A DNA stretch of 64,000 nucleotides from Lama glama (lineage: Eukaryota): NCBI GenBank assembly GCA_028534125.1, contig CM052837.1, forward strand, positions 21,080,001 to 21,144,000. Direction: 5' to 3'. How positions within the stretch are numbered: position 1 is the first letter of the stretch; each line of letters opens with the position of its first letter. This document shows, in pieces, positions 26,081 to 38,332 of the stretch. The notes below the pieces were generated by a model that did not search any database, was not told where the DNA came from, and saw nothing but the letters and a program-made list of their open reading frames with translations. Position numbers and translations under genes: made by a program.

Positions 26081-27258
26081 GAGGAACAGGTTATTTTTAA
26101 AGCATGAACTCAATGCCATCTTCACTGTGGGTTACTGTAAAAACACTTAAGAATGCACACTGAGCTATAAAATGCCAGGGATGGTAATGAAGGCTCTGTG
26201 AAGGCACAGACTTTCAGGGTCCTGTGTACTGCTGTATCTCCAATGCCGAGCACAGGTCTTGACTCATGGCAAGCACTCAATAAATGAATCAATGAATAAA
26301 GATTTGTCACTGACGGGCATTAACAGCTTTTAAGGGTTGGGTCAAAGTTTGGACCTACTGCATCTTATTTAAGCAAAGGAAGTTTTTTAGAGTTCTGTTT
26401 TCTCCCTCCCTACATTTCACAAGACGCTTGTTTTGAACCAGTTGGCATTCTACCCCATTACTATGAGATCTACTGTCCCCTTTAGCCAGACTTCTCTTCA
26501 CAGCCCAAAACGGCCACTCTGCCTCCCATCACTGGGTCTGCATTCAGCCAGGAGGATGGAGGAAAAGGGAGAGAAGGGCATACACTCTCTTTTTAAGGAT
26601 ACTTGCTTGAAGTTGAAGATTATTTCTGCTTATCTATCATGAGCCAGAATTTAGTCACACAGCCGCATCTAGCTACAAGGGACATGGGAAAGTGTGGCCT
26701 TTATTCTGAGCAGCCGTGTGCCTAGATAAGCAGCAGTGTCCTTTTACGTAGAAGTAGGGGAGAGTAGATATTTATGACTTCTGGCAGGCTCTACCCTGAG
26801 CTTGACTTTGTCCTGAACTTTAGGCACTTTGATTTTAATAAACTATATTATTTGAAAAACATGGTTACTCCTAAACTCCAGGGAGAACCTTTCAACTCAC
26901 TATACACGAAAAAAGCCAGGCTGGTGGGTAAGGAGGTGTCTCACTCAGCATCTCCAGGCACCAGCTCCTACCACTTAGACCAGCCACCCTGGATTCTCCA
27001 GCTACAGGGAGTGGGGAGCAGTTGAAGGATGATGCATTCAGAGAAGGGGAAGTTAAGATGGAATGTGTAGATGGGTCCACACTGCTGACCTTCCAAGGAC
27101 CCAAGTGACTGCATTCTGGTGACCTACCTGAGGAAGCTCTGATGGGTCCGATAGCTGAGCTGGCTGCAAAGAGCTGGGTCCACTCAGCTGCCCCTCCCAT
27201 GGTCCATCAGGCTTAGTGTCCAGGAAACTTGGCAGCCTACAGAGGGCAGGTCATGTTC

Positions 27259-27461
27259 CAGAGCTGTGTGTCCAATACAGTAGCCATTAGCTACATGTAT
27301 TTTTAAATATAAAATAATAAAACAAAATGTTCAGTTCCCAAGTTGTACTAGCCACATTGCAAGTGCTCAGCAGACATCTGTGGCTAGTGGCCACCATATA
27401 GAATAAAGCAGACAAAAACATTTCCATCACTGAAGAAAGTTCTATCAGATAGCTGCCCTAG
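27259..27461. mobile_element. MER3-like hAT element
   Basis: tgtccaatacagtagccattagctacatg...actagccacattgcaagtgctca...catttccatcactgaagaaagttctat. Confidence 0.7.
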
Positions 27462-27659
27462 AGAAAAGACACCTCAGGTTGAATTACAGAGGTAGAGCAA
27501 GAAAGAGGCAGGTGATGGGGCTGATCTACACTGTGCCAGGCAGACCCCAGCTGGGACCATGGGCCCCACGCCCTGCAAGGGAAGCAAATGAGAGAGGAAG
27601 GTGTTCAGGCAAGGGGCCAGAGTGGGCAGGAAACTTATCTGTGTCTTGTTTAAGGGCAT

Positions 27660-28125
27660 TTTAGTAAGGGGTCCTTCAGAAGCAGGTACTGGGATGAAGA
27701 TTTAAGGGTAAGTGGTTTACTTGGGAGGTGATCCCAGAACGCACTAGTAGGGGAGTGGGAAGTGAGACAGGGGAAGTGTGCACAGTCGGGCAAGTGTCCA
27801 CAGTGAGCAGGTGGGGCTCCATCCTACTCGGGAACTCTGGCAGCCACTGTAGAGCACACAGCTTAAAGCTCCCCAGGGCTCCCAAGGGCTGGGGGAGCTG
27901 TGGATTTTATGCATTAACTTCCATCAGTCATTGGCTGAAGGCTGCTCCCAGGGTGTTAACTGGCGAGGACTTTGGGCCTACTAAGTATGGAGACAGAAGG
28001 CCTTCCTTACCTGTATAAAGTCCTCAGGCAGAGACGCAAACATGGGGCAGCTGGAAGTTGGTTGGAGAACACGGAGGTGATAAGATCTGAGGGATGTGGT
28101 CTAGGCACTCAGCATGTCTGCTACA
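27660..28125 (-). mobile_element. ERVL solo LTR (LTR16-like)
   Basis: Reverse complement of the same terminus (gtccttcagaagcag...agtggtttacttgggaggtgatcc). The other end reads ...gtctgctaca. Confidence 0.7.
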
Positions 28126-28158
28126 AAGAAGACCAAATCCTTAACCTCCAGCCTCATC

Positions 28159-28166
28159 ATACACAC

Positions 28167-28204
<38 letters not shown>
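28159..28204. repeat. (CA)n microsatellite
   Basis: About 22 AC units with two AT interruptions. Confidence 0.95.
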
Positions 28205-28206
<2 letters not shown>

Positions 28207-28269
28207 CTTGCACACCTCTCATGCTGGCCTTGCCCTTTCCCCCAGAATCACCCTACCTCCCACCACAGT

Positions 28270-28622
28270 ACCTTTGCACATGCTGTAGTGGGAATGTCTG
28301 AAGCACTCTTCTACTATTTCCCATCCCTCTTCATCTAGTCAAGTCCCACTTATTCTTCAGATCTTGGCTCAAATGTCCCTTCCTCTAGGTAGCCTTTTCT
28401 GAGGGACCCCAGCTTAGCCCAGGACAAGAACAAGTCCTCCTGTTGCACATTGTCCCAGCTCCCTGTCCTTTAAGTGTGTTGCTATATATTTGTGAGGTTA
28501 GTTGATCAGCACTGTCTTCCAATCAGACTTCAAGGAAGACTTGCTTGCTTTGTTCACAGTGACACATAGTAGGTCCTCAAGAAACATATGTTGAGTGAAT
28601 GAATGAAAAATGAATGAATGAG
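28270..28622 (+). mobile_element. L2 3' end
   Basis: cctttgcacatgctg...cacatagtaggtcctcaagaaacatatgttgagtgaatgaatga. Confidence 0.75.
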
Positions 28623-31376
28623 TTCCAGTCCAATCAACTAAGACTCCCAGTAGCCAGAGAATTTACCAGCTAAAGACCCCAGGAAGAGGAGGAGGCTAAT
28701 TAGCAATTCATTAGGATCCATTTTCACTTCTGTAGTCAATGCTAATCACTTGTTTGTTTAAAACAGGAAGTTTTGCACTCATTAAATCCATTAGTAAATG
28801 AAAATGTTTCTCAGGAAAGTCTGGCCTCCCACCCTGGAGTGTAAATTCTAAGGCTGCACCCCCTACTTTGTCTAGACTTCCCAGAAGTTAGGAAAGCAGG
28901 TGCTCACAAGCTGGAATTACTCTGGACGAGGATCTGAGTCCTCCTTCACAGTGGGGCTTTAGGCACCTACTTCTTCGGCCTTCTAACCTCTGAGTTTCTG
29001 CCCCTCTAAAATGGACACAACATTCAATCTCAGGACTAGTTGTGAAGATTAGAGGGAGCTATGTACCAGGAGTGTCAGCTCACAGCTTGGCATTATCCTC
29101 CTTGATGGCTGGTAGAGGGTCTAGTTTGAGAATGTAGCCCCACTGTCATGAACTCTTGTTAACAACCAGACTCCTCTCTACTCCCAAGCAGCCCAGCTTA
29201 AAGGCTCACAGGCCATGCTGTGCTCACCCTGAGCGTGCATTAGCTCATTTCATCTTCACTGCAAGACCATTATTACCTGCATTTGTGGATGTGGAAACTG
29301 AGGCGTGGAGAGACGAGGCACTTGCCTGTGGCCTTTGCTCCTCCCCTGAGCTGTCTCCTCCAGGAAGCTGTCGCTGATCCGAGGCAGAAATGGGGTCTCC
29401 CCAGTCTGTGCTCCATCAGGTGGGGCTGCCGGTCCTGGGTCTTACTCATCCTCCAGTTCCCAGGGACCTGGTGCCCTGTAGAAATGGAACAGCTACCTGT
29501 GTCCAAGAGTTAACTACATACTAGCCTCAGTGCTCTCCCTGCGTTAAATCACTGAGTCCTCACAAAAGTTCTACAGGGGGAGCTATTAACTATTATTTCC
29601 ACCTTACAGATGAGCAAACTGACGTGTCCAAGGTCACACAGCTGGAAAGTGTCTGTCTTCCGAGCCCATGCACAACACCCCTGGAGAAACTGTTCTGTCC
29701 CCAAAACAGGCCCCAGGAACGGTGGAGGGGAGGGCTTGGGGTGGCCTGGCAAGGGTAAGCACTGCCCCTCATCCATTTAGAGCCCTGCAGAAAGTCACAG
29801 AACAACTTCCCTGGGGCCATGCTACCAACTCGGTCCTCAGGCACCTACTGAGTGCCTACTGGTGGGAGAGTCGGGTCTGCCTCTGGGGTACTGAACAGAC
29901 CAGTCTCCCTTCCTGAAGCTTCACCCTTGCATTCAGCCTTATTGCCTACTGTTCCCACCTCCCACTCACATGAGCCACACTCTGCATTTTCCACACTTAC
30001 TGTTCCCTCTACCCAGAGGGGACCTTCTCTTTGTGTCTGAGGGACAAGTACTACAAAGCCACCTTGGATGTCCTCTCCTCCATGAAGCCTCCCAATTTCC
30101 TTTCAGTTCAACCTCTGTGCTGCCATTTATACCTCTAAGGTGTCATCATCACCGTGACAACCAACTCCCACAGGACACTGCCCGGGGGCCAGGCCCTGAC
30201 TCTAGCACTTTATTCTCACCATGCTCTCAGGGAGGTATTACTTCTATTCATCAAGGCCCGAAGCAATGAAGAGACTTACCTAAGGCAGCAGGGTCAGGAT
30301 TCAAACCCAGGCTGTCTGTGTCCAGAGGCCGTGCTCTTAACTGCTGCTCCCGACCGCTTCCCAATCCAGACTTTATCTCTGCCTTTTCATGATGACTGTC
30401 TTGTTTAGCTCTCCTCTGAGCCTGGCTCCTAGGAGACAGCATTTATGTCTTTTTGTCTCTGGACCTGGCACATAAAGAGCCTCGAAAAATGCTTATTGAA
30501 CTGAAGTTTCCAACCTGCAGATTTTGCATTCTGTTGCATAAACCTAATGTAACCGATCATGTAACTCATCAGGTGATGTTAGCAGCCTCAGGTTTGAATC
30601 CATCCTTGCCCTTTATTTGGTGCCTTTGGGCCCATCTCTGGATAGCTGTCAACCTAACAATGAGAGGAAGGCACAAACTACAGCCCTGTCCAAGGTGCTG
30701 AAGATGCAGTTATGAATGCGATGGGAAATGTCTGCAAGCCAGAGCTGCAGTGGGGGCTGGGGCAGACGGCAATATGCAATACCCAGAGAGCACCGAGTGT
30801 GAGCCCTAAATTCTACCTGGGCAGCCAGGAAAGCTTCTGAGGCTCGACTTCCTTCTCTTGGGGTCCTGAGGGGCTCAGACGGGCTGGGGCGCGGAATGGC
30901 AGATGGTCTTCCTACAAGCAAACCTCCTTGCCTCGGGGCACACAATCCATCCATCCCCTGAAGGGATATACTCTCCAAGATCCCTTTGCTTATTTGGCCT
31001 GAGCAATACCTCCTCTCCCCCAAGCCTGCTTCCCTATGAGAAATGCAAAGCACAGGAGAGGGAACCCAGATGATGTTAGGCTCCTATCACCAAAATGTGA
31101 GTTTACCATAGAATTATAGACTCATAAATGTCTTTAATTTTAACAACAGAATTTTTTTTTTCTGAGTGAGTAAGTTACACATGTATATGGTTAAAAAATG
31201 TGAAGAGTATAAAGGGTATAACGTGAAAAGACATGTCATCACTGATCCTGCTACCCTTCCTAGAGGCTGCCACTTGGGTGTTCTTGAAGGGAAATTCCAC
31301 ACATAAAGTACCCCTGTCCCCCATAAATAGTAGCACTGTTCTGCTTGTCTTTTTTTTAAATAATATATCTTGGAGA

Positions 31377-31537
31377 GGGGAGGGTGTAGCTCAGAGGGAG
31401 AGTGCGTGTTTCGCATGCATGAGGTCCTGGGTTCAATCTGCAGTACTCTGTTAAAATAAACAAGTAAAATAATAAACAAATAAAACAAACCTAATTACCT
31501 ACCCCCCTCTAAAAAAATAAAGTCTTTTAAAAAATAT
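31377..31537 (+). mobile_element. vic-1-like tRNA-derived SINE
   Basis: GGGGAGGGTGTAGCTCAG...GGTCCTGGGTTCAATC head and AAACCTAATTACCT tail. Perfect TSD ATATATCTTGGAGA at 31363-31376 and 31538-31551. Confidence 0.87.
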
Positions 31538-34007
31538 ATATATCTTGGAGATACACACAGAGAACTAGCTCTTTCAGTAAGACACTTAGTTAACCAGGGC
31601 TCTCTGGATGGACCTTTAGGTTGTTTCCAACCTTTTATTACTGCAAACAATGCTTCATCATCTTTGCATACAGACAAGGAAATTCCTAAAAGCAGGATTG
31701 CTGAGTCAAAGGGTATGTGCATTTAAAATTCTGATAGCCATTGCTGTTTTATTCATTTTGTTATATGGATGTACCGTAATTCATTTATCCAGTTCATCCC
31801 TCCCTGCTTCCCTCCCTCCTTCCTTCCCTCCCTCCCCAACCCCTTCTCCCGCTTTCTTTTCCATTCCATATTTACTTTTAGGAAATTGTTAAGAGTAACA
31901 TTTCATGACTTCTGATATACCATTGTTCAGTAGAGCTCACTAGAATTTCTGTGTTGGGGTGATGACGAGGGGGTGTTTAGGTCTCTTCTGGACGGATGTT
32001 TAAATCCTATGATTAGGTTATTTCCTATCTTTTGCTCCCAGTCTCTTGAGATATTAATGTAAAGCATTAGGCGTAATGCTTGGTACACACTGGGCATTCA
32101 ACATTTCTGAGTTTCTATAAGCTAGGAACAACCTTGTAGTGACTTGCCTATGCACGTACACCTTTGTGCAGATGCGTATTAAATTCTTAGAGGCAGAATC
32201 ACTGGTCAAGAGGTGTGCACATTTAAATTTCTGAGATACAGCCACAATGACTTCCAGAGAGCTTGTACCATCTTACATACCCGTTTCCCCACATCCTTAA
32301 CAACACTTTACTATCAAATTGTGATCTGTTTAGGAAGTGGAGCAATGCTGGGAGACTGACTAGTTTAAACCCTTTACCTAACACACAGGGAAACTGAGGC
32401 CCTGGGGAGGAGGAGGGACTGCCAAGGTCACCTGTGAACTGGGGCACAGTTTGTTTTTCATTTCTGGCCTCTCTGCCATCTTCTAGGGAACTGGGCAGTG
32501 GAGTGTGTGAATGGCAGGTGGGGTCCACGAGGTGAGAAATGGGGCAAAGGAGAGATGGGATGCACCAAGGTCGGTGTCCATTCCACACCTCCACCTTGGG
32601 AAAAGCAACGTTTTATTTCTTGAAGAGACTTCTGGCTCTACTCCATCACTTCTCCCTGTCCCCACCCCCTCCCCCCAGCATCTTTTCCCCTGGAAATGCC
32701 TCAGAGATTCTGAAAGGTGCTTTCCTTCCTTCTGAGCCCGCCTGTGTGGGAGGAAGATGAGGACGTGAGGGTACTGATTGAGAGAGCAGGTTGAGACCCA
32801 GGAGCTGTTGTGCAAAAAGAATGGCAAATTATATAAGGAGGGAAAGCGGAAGGGGGTGGTGGAGGCAGCCATTCATCTGTGCTTTTTAACCCTTTCCTGC
32901 TGCAAAAGCAGGCGGTCCCAGATGCTGGGAGATGGCTGCAGTGAGAGACATTTTCATAAATGGCTTGATCTGAAGGCTTTGAATGGAGGACGACACCGCT
33001 CCCTCCTCGCCCTTTGCAGACGGGTTTTGTACGCTGGGTTAAACTGTTGGAAAAGGTAGAACAGCTCCTAATCTAGCAGATGATTCCTGTGGGAAATCAG
33101 GCTGCTTTTCAAGCGTAATTTGAAAAGCCGCTGCCTCCAAACTTCAGTGGTGGTGGGGGGCAGGGGGGTGGTGCGGAGAGAAGAAGGCCATTTATAAAGC
33201 AATCAACGCTTCGACAGAGTCAGCCATCACTCAGAATTACTTTCTGAAATTTGGCCTCTATTCCTTACTCTGGGGGAAAGGCGATACGGGCACTTTGCTT
33301 CCAATCAAGCCCAACACAGGGGCTGGGGTGAATCACACAAAGGGAGAGGAGCCCTGCACTGTTCATCACAGCTGGAGCCGTGGAAAATCATTTCTAGGGC
33401 TTCTCAACTCTTCCGAACGAGCCGGAGGAAGCCTCATCAGAGGTCCCATTCATCTCACTTCTTACTTTTAAACTTTAAAGCACATATTTATGTGCCTCAA
33501 GTTGCCCATGAACCACGGCATGTCAAACAGTTTGGGGTTGATGGAAGAGGTACATTTTCTCGTCCTGGGACTTTCAGAAACACAATTTCATCACCAGTCT
33601 CTCTCCCTTCCAATTTCTCCTGTATGCTGCTGCGAGATGAATATTCCTAAAACGCTGCTTCTAGTACATTACTCATCCATTCAAGAACCGTCCAAGGCTG
33701 CCTCTTGATCTCTTAAGGCTGGGATCCTCAAGTTGGCAGTCAAGGGCCTTCATAAATGTGGCCTCGGTGACCACAGCCTCCTTGCACACCCCCTCCCCGA
33801 CTGCCAAGCTGCTCCTGTCACCTGCCACAAATGTGGGGCGGTGAATGCCTGTCATTTTTGCCCCCTCCCCACCCCGTATCTCTTTTCCTGGTAACCAAAT
33901 ACAGCACTTCCTTCTAGGGGGAACCACCCCACTCCAGCTCTCTCCTCGTATGGTTTGGGTGAGCTGACCTGACACCTGCCTCCAGGTCTGCCCATGACAA
34001 GGTAGAT

Positions 34008-34217
34008 CAGGGGTTGGCAAAATTAGGTCCCAGGGAAAAACAAACAAACAAACAAAACACCTGACCTATTTTGAAAGGCTCCTGAGCTAAGGCTAATTTT
34101 GACATTTGTAAAAGGTTGTAAAAAAAAAATCAAAGAAGATGCCATAGAGAACATATGCCTGCAAAGCCTAAAATATTCGCCATCTGGCCCTTTACAGAGA
34201 AAGTTTGCTGACACCTG
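34008..34217. mobile_element. MER58-like hAT element
   Basis: Terminal inverted repeats caggggttggcaaa and tttgctgacacctg. Internal gcaaagcctaaaatatt...tctggccctttacaga. Confidence 0.8.
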
Positions 34218-36619
34218 CTGGATGCACAATGCTTGGTTTGGGGTGCGGTGATGGACGGGCAGGGCAGGTGAGCTGAGAAAAGCAAATCCTTGAACTTGAG
34301 CTGGAGCTGTCAGAAGGAGGTGCACGCTCTTCTAGGTTCGTCCAATGAAAAGAACATAAGCCTGGAACTACCTGCCATCTCTGACACTTGACAGAGAGAG
34401 GCTGCGAGAGAAGGAAAGCAACACTGGGGAAAGCACTGCAGGGTGGGATCTGGAGCCCAGATCTGGGATCTGTGGGATCTGGGCTTGGTCACGTGAGCCC
34501 AGGCATTTCTTTTTGCTCAAGCCAGTTTGAGTTGGGTCTCCTACCAACTGCAATGGAAGGAGTTTTATGATGAGTACATCGGCAGGCACGCCCCGATGCC
34601 TTTGGGCGTGGCATTTCCTTGTCTGGAATGCCCTGCATCCTGTCCGCCTGCCAAGTCTGCTTGTCTTACCAGGATCTTACCTCCTCCTCTGCTGTGGTCC
34701 CCCGAAGTTCCTGGGTGGTTCTCTCTGAGATACAACCATCTACTTCCTCAGCTATAATTGTCTCTGAGGAGCAGATATTGCATTTCTCACAAAGCCAGGT
34801 ACAAAGGGGTGGGGAGAAGGGGAAGGAAAGCACGTTAAGCCCCGGGCACTAAACACCATAAACACAACAGCATTTATTCCTCCTCCACCAAAAGACACAG
34901 AGGGAGCAACTCCATTGTAGAGATGGGAAAATGAGGTAAAGGACGCCCCTGAGGTCACATAGTTACTAAGAGAATCAGAAAATCACCCCCAGCTCTGATG
35001 AACTCAAGATCCAGGTTCTTTCCACAATATGGTGCCCTGCAAGGACCACATTCAACCCTTCACAGGATCCCCTGGATCCAGCTCTACATGTCCCTGAATC
35101 CTCCAAGAGCCTCCCACTGCCTGCAGGTCAGAGCTCAAACATCTCAACCCAAAATGCAAGGCCTTTCAGTATCTGCCTATTAACCCCTGACCCACCCCCA
35201 ACTCCAGCCACCCCAATACTCAAGAGTACTCAGGGTGCACCCTGAATGAGAGGAGAAATCCTCACTGCACCAGCAAGTTTTAACGGGGGGAAGTGATCAC
35301 TCTGCAAAGCCTCCGTTAACGAGGGCTAGATTGAGTCAGCTGGATGGGTTCAAAATTAAAGTTGCCTGAATTAATAATAACTGGAGAGGCACTCTAATTA
35401 GTTTTTTTTTTTAATCAAATGCAACAATCTGCCTGTATGAATCCGAAAGCAACTCAGGATGTCTTAACTCCTTGAGGAAGAGGTGGGTTTTTGCAACATC
35501 ACCGCAAATGGTCCTATGCAGAGGGAGGACTAACCTCTGGAGGGCTTCCCCAGGGCCTGAGTTTTATCACGGCACAGATGTGCACGTTCCCCCGCGTGTC
35601 AGTGCACCATCACGACTTGCCACACCTGGGTGCTTGGGGAAGGAGGGCAGGCCACTTTAATCTCACTGGGAGCCAGGTCATGCTCAACAAGTCACGCCAC
35701 CTCTCTGACCTGTTTTCTCATTTGTAAGGACCTACAGATTGAATTAGCCTGTCACTTTGTGTCCCCAGTGGAATTAGGAACAATGCTCTGTGAATCCTTC
35801 TACAATCCCCTCAATTAGAGGGCATTTCCTCCCTTTCCCAAAGGAAATCATCCCAGAACTTTAAAACCGGAAGAGAGTTAAATGATTATCTCTCGCTTTC
35901 AGTGGTTCTTAACTTGGAGTCCCTGTGGGGTCATAGGTGAAGTCTGAAATTGTAGACAGAATTTGCAAAGTCAGCTAAGCCGATCCAGCGGGAGATAGAG
36001 ATGTGTGTGACTGCTGTCTTGGAGGATGCAGCGCCCTCCTGTGAGTGACAGGAGAGGAGGACAAACATTTCAGGGGAGAGTGGGTCTTCAGATTTCATCT
36101 GATTCCTGGAGGAGTCCAGAATCCCCAGAGATTACGAGCTCTTTCTCTGGCCCATTCCCTCCACTTTACAGGTGGGAGAACTGAGGCCCAAAGGGTGGAG
36201 GGGCTCAATGACTCATGGACAGAGCCAGACCAGAAGCCAGGCTGCTGCCACCTAGACCTGAGCTGGACACCCCCTGCCTTTGCAGGGAAGGCCCTAAAAG
36301 GAAATGAGTGGGGCCTCTCCAGAACTGGCTGCAGACCCTTGCTCCAACAGGTCCCCATGCCATCCACCTTCTGGGATTCTTCTTAGAGCTTGGGGATTAT
36401 CTGTGTCACTGAAGGAGTTGGTGCCTCACCATGCATCTGGTGAGGAAGCATTTATCACTCCTGGGGTCCTTCAGCACAGGTGCATGCATGTGTGTGTGGC
36501 TGTGTACCAAAATTTACGTAGTCTGTGGGTTGTAAATCCCCCAGCTAGGAAAATCAAGTGTTTATCCTGCCCTTTCTACACACAAACTCCCTCAAGGTTA
36601 CCGCATGGTTGATAAAGGG

Positions 36620-37340
36620 ACGCAAGTCTCTAGCTAAAAGCAAGCCAGCACTGGGGCTGGAACGGCCCTGCTTTGCAATCCCTGATGAGTGGATTCAGGG
36701 GAGTCTCACCTATGGCTGCCAACATCACAGGAAGAAATCAGACGTCACATGGAAGGAAAGAATACCACCAATGGAGGAGTGCTGCCCAAAACAAAAACAA
36801 AAAAATTCATACCCGATCAAGCCTCTTGTTCTTGCCTCATTTACAGGAAATACAGGTGACAGGAGGAGCCCGTGAAATGACCCCCACAGGGATGGAATCA
36901 GTAGTTAATCCAGACTGTGGGAAATGCTGTAGAATAAATGACCTTGTTTCCTCAACAAGCAACTTACCTGGAAAAGAAAAGAGAAGTGGAAGGGGGAATC
37001 TATAAATTAGAAGAGATTTATTAAAGGATGTATCGATAATGGCAATGTGCATACCTTATTTGCATCCTGATTCACACACACTGGGAAAATTTAAACACTG
37101 GCCCAATGCAATATTAAAGGAGCATTGTTAAACTTTTTAGGTGTGAAAATACTATTCTGGTTGTACGTTTTTATAAAAAAAAGTTTGGATACAGTACTGG
37201 AATTTGCTTCAAAATAATCCAAGGGCCTGGTGGGGGTGCATGGAGGGAAGGGGCAGTGATGAAGCAATGCTGGTCACGGCTGGTAACTAGTGTGGCTGGG
37301 TGATGGGCACATGGGGCTTCAGGATACCATTATCCACGAC
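36620..37340 (+). mobile_element. Old L1M (L1MC/MD-like) 3' UTR
   Basis: aatccagactgtgggaaa, accttatttgcatcctgattc, tttgcttcaaaataatcca, gctgggtgatgggcacatgggg. Confidence 0.65.
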
Positions 37341-37569
37341 AGGAAGTTTAAACATACTTAAAAGGTATCCCTTGTCATGAGTGCTTGCCTTCGGAGAGAG
37401 AAACCAGGTGTCTGGGGAATGAGGAAGGGGAGACTGACTTTTCACTGTTTGTACTGCTTGGATTTTATACTATGCCTCTGTATTACCCACTCACGAACAT
37501 AAACTCATTTTTAAAAAAATCACCCAATTTAAATAACAAACTTCAAAGTGAGGTCTTGATCATACTCTT

Positions 37570-38148
37570 CATCTGAGAAGTGCCTTTATTTCACTTTCTT
37601 CCAAAGAACAGGTTAGGTGCAAAGAGTTCGTTCCTACTGAAGGAGATGGAGGTGTGTAAGTCTGTGTTCCAGGCCAGTGTTCTGAAAACTCTTGGATGCA
37701 GGATACTTCCACGCGGCCCTCAGGCACTCAGGGCACACACGATGCGTAGTACAGGCCTCTGTCAGAAGTGTCCTCAAGCTCCCCTTCGGGTGTGGGTGTG
37801 TGTCAGTCAGAGAGCCGCAGGTGTGTGAGGGGTGGCCTGTGAGGCAGCTGGGCAGCAGAGATGGTAAACTAAGGAGTTAAGCCCTTAGAGCTGCCAGACA
37901 ATGTCATTTGAAAACACCAGGTATGAAATATAAATAACAGTCAGCCACTTTCCTTCAACCCAATTTCTAAGCAGTTGTGTGATCGATCAATTTAGAAATT
38001 GATTGTCTGTCTAATCCACCTTTGCAGTCTTCTCTGCTGCTGCTGCCACCGCCCTTGGCCAGGGTGGGGTTGGTCCCAGGTCCTCGTCCTTGGCAGGGGA
38101 GGAAGGGGACCTCCTCTGGCATCCACTGCCCACCAGTGGGGGCGGGGG
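37570..38148 (-). other. TTI1: TTI1 3' UTR
   Basis: Sequence between the TGA stop and the polyA signal. The end is approximate. Confidence 0.7.
37585..37590 (-). terminator. TTI1 polyadenylation signal
   Basis: tttatt on + equals AATAAA on -, about 560 nt after the stop, with a T-rich stretch downstream on the - strand. Confidence 0.75.
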
Positions 38149-38332
38149 TCACTGCAGCTCCTGGAGCAGGTGGAGCACGCTGGCCGTGTATGGGTTCTGC
38201 TGCCTGGTGGCCCCCCGCAGCTGCACAGGGTGGAGGCTGGGGTGGGGAGGTATGAAGTCCTCCGGGCAGTAAAGTTCGTTCAGGAGGAACCAGGTGCCGT
38301 CTGGGTCTACCTTCATCAAGTGGAGGAAAACG
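38149..38332 (-). CDS. TTI1: TTI1 last coding exon with stop
   Basis: Acceptor ccatctctccacag|C. 184 bp. (S)[23 protein letters not shown]...[15 protein letters not shown]. Confidence 0.95.
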
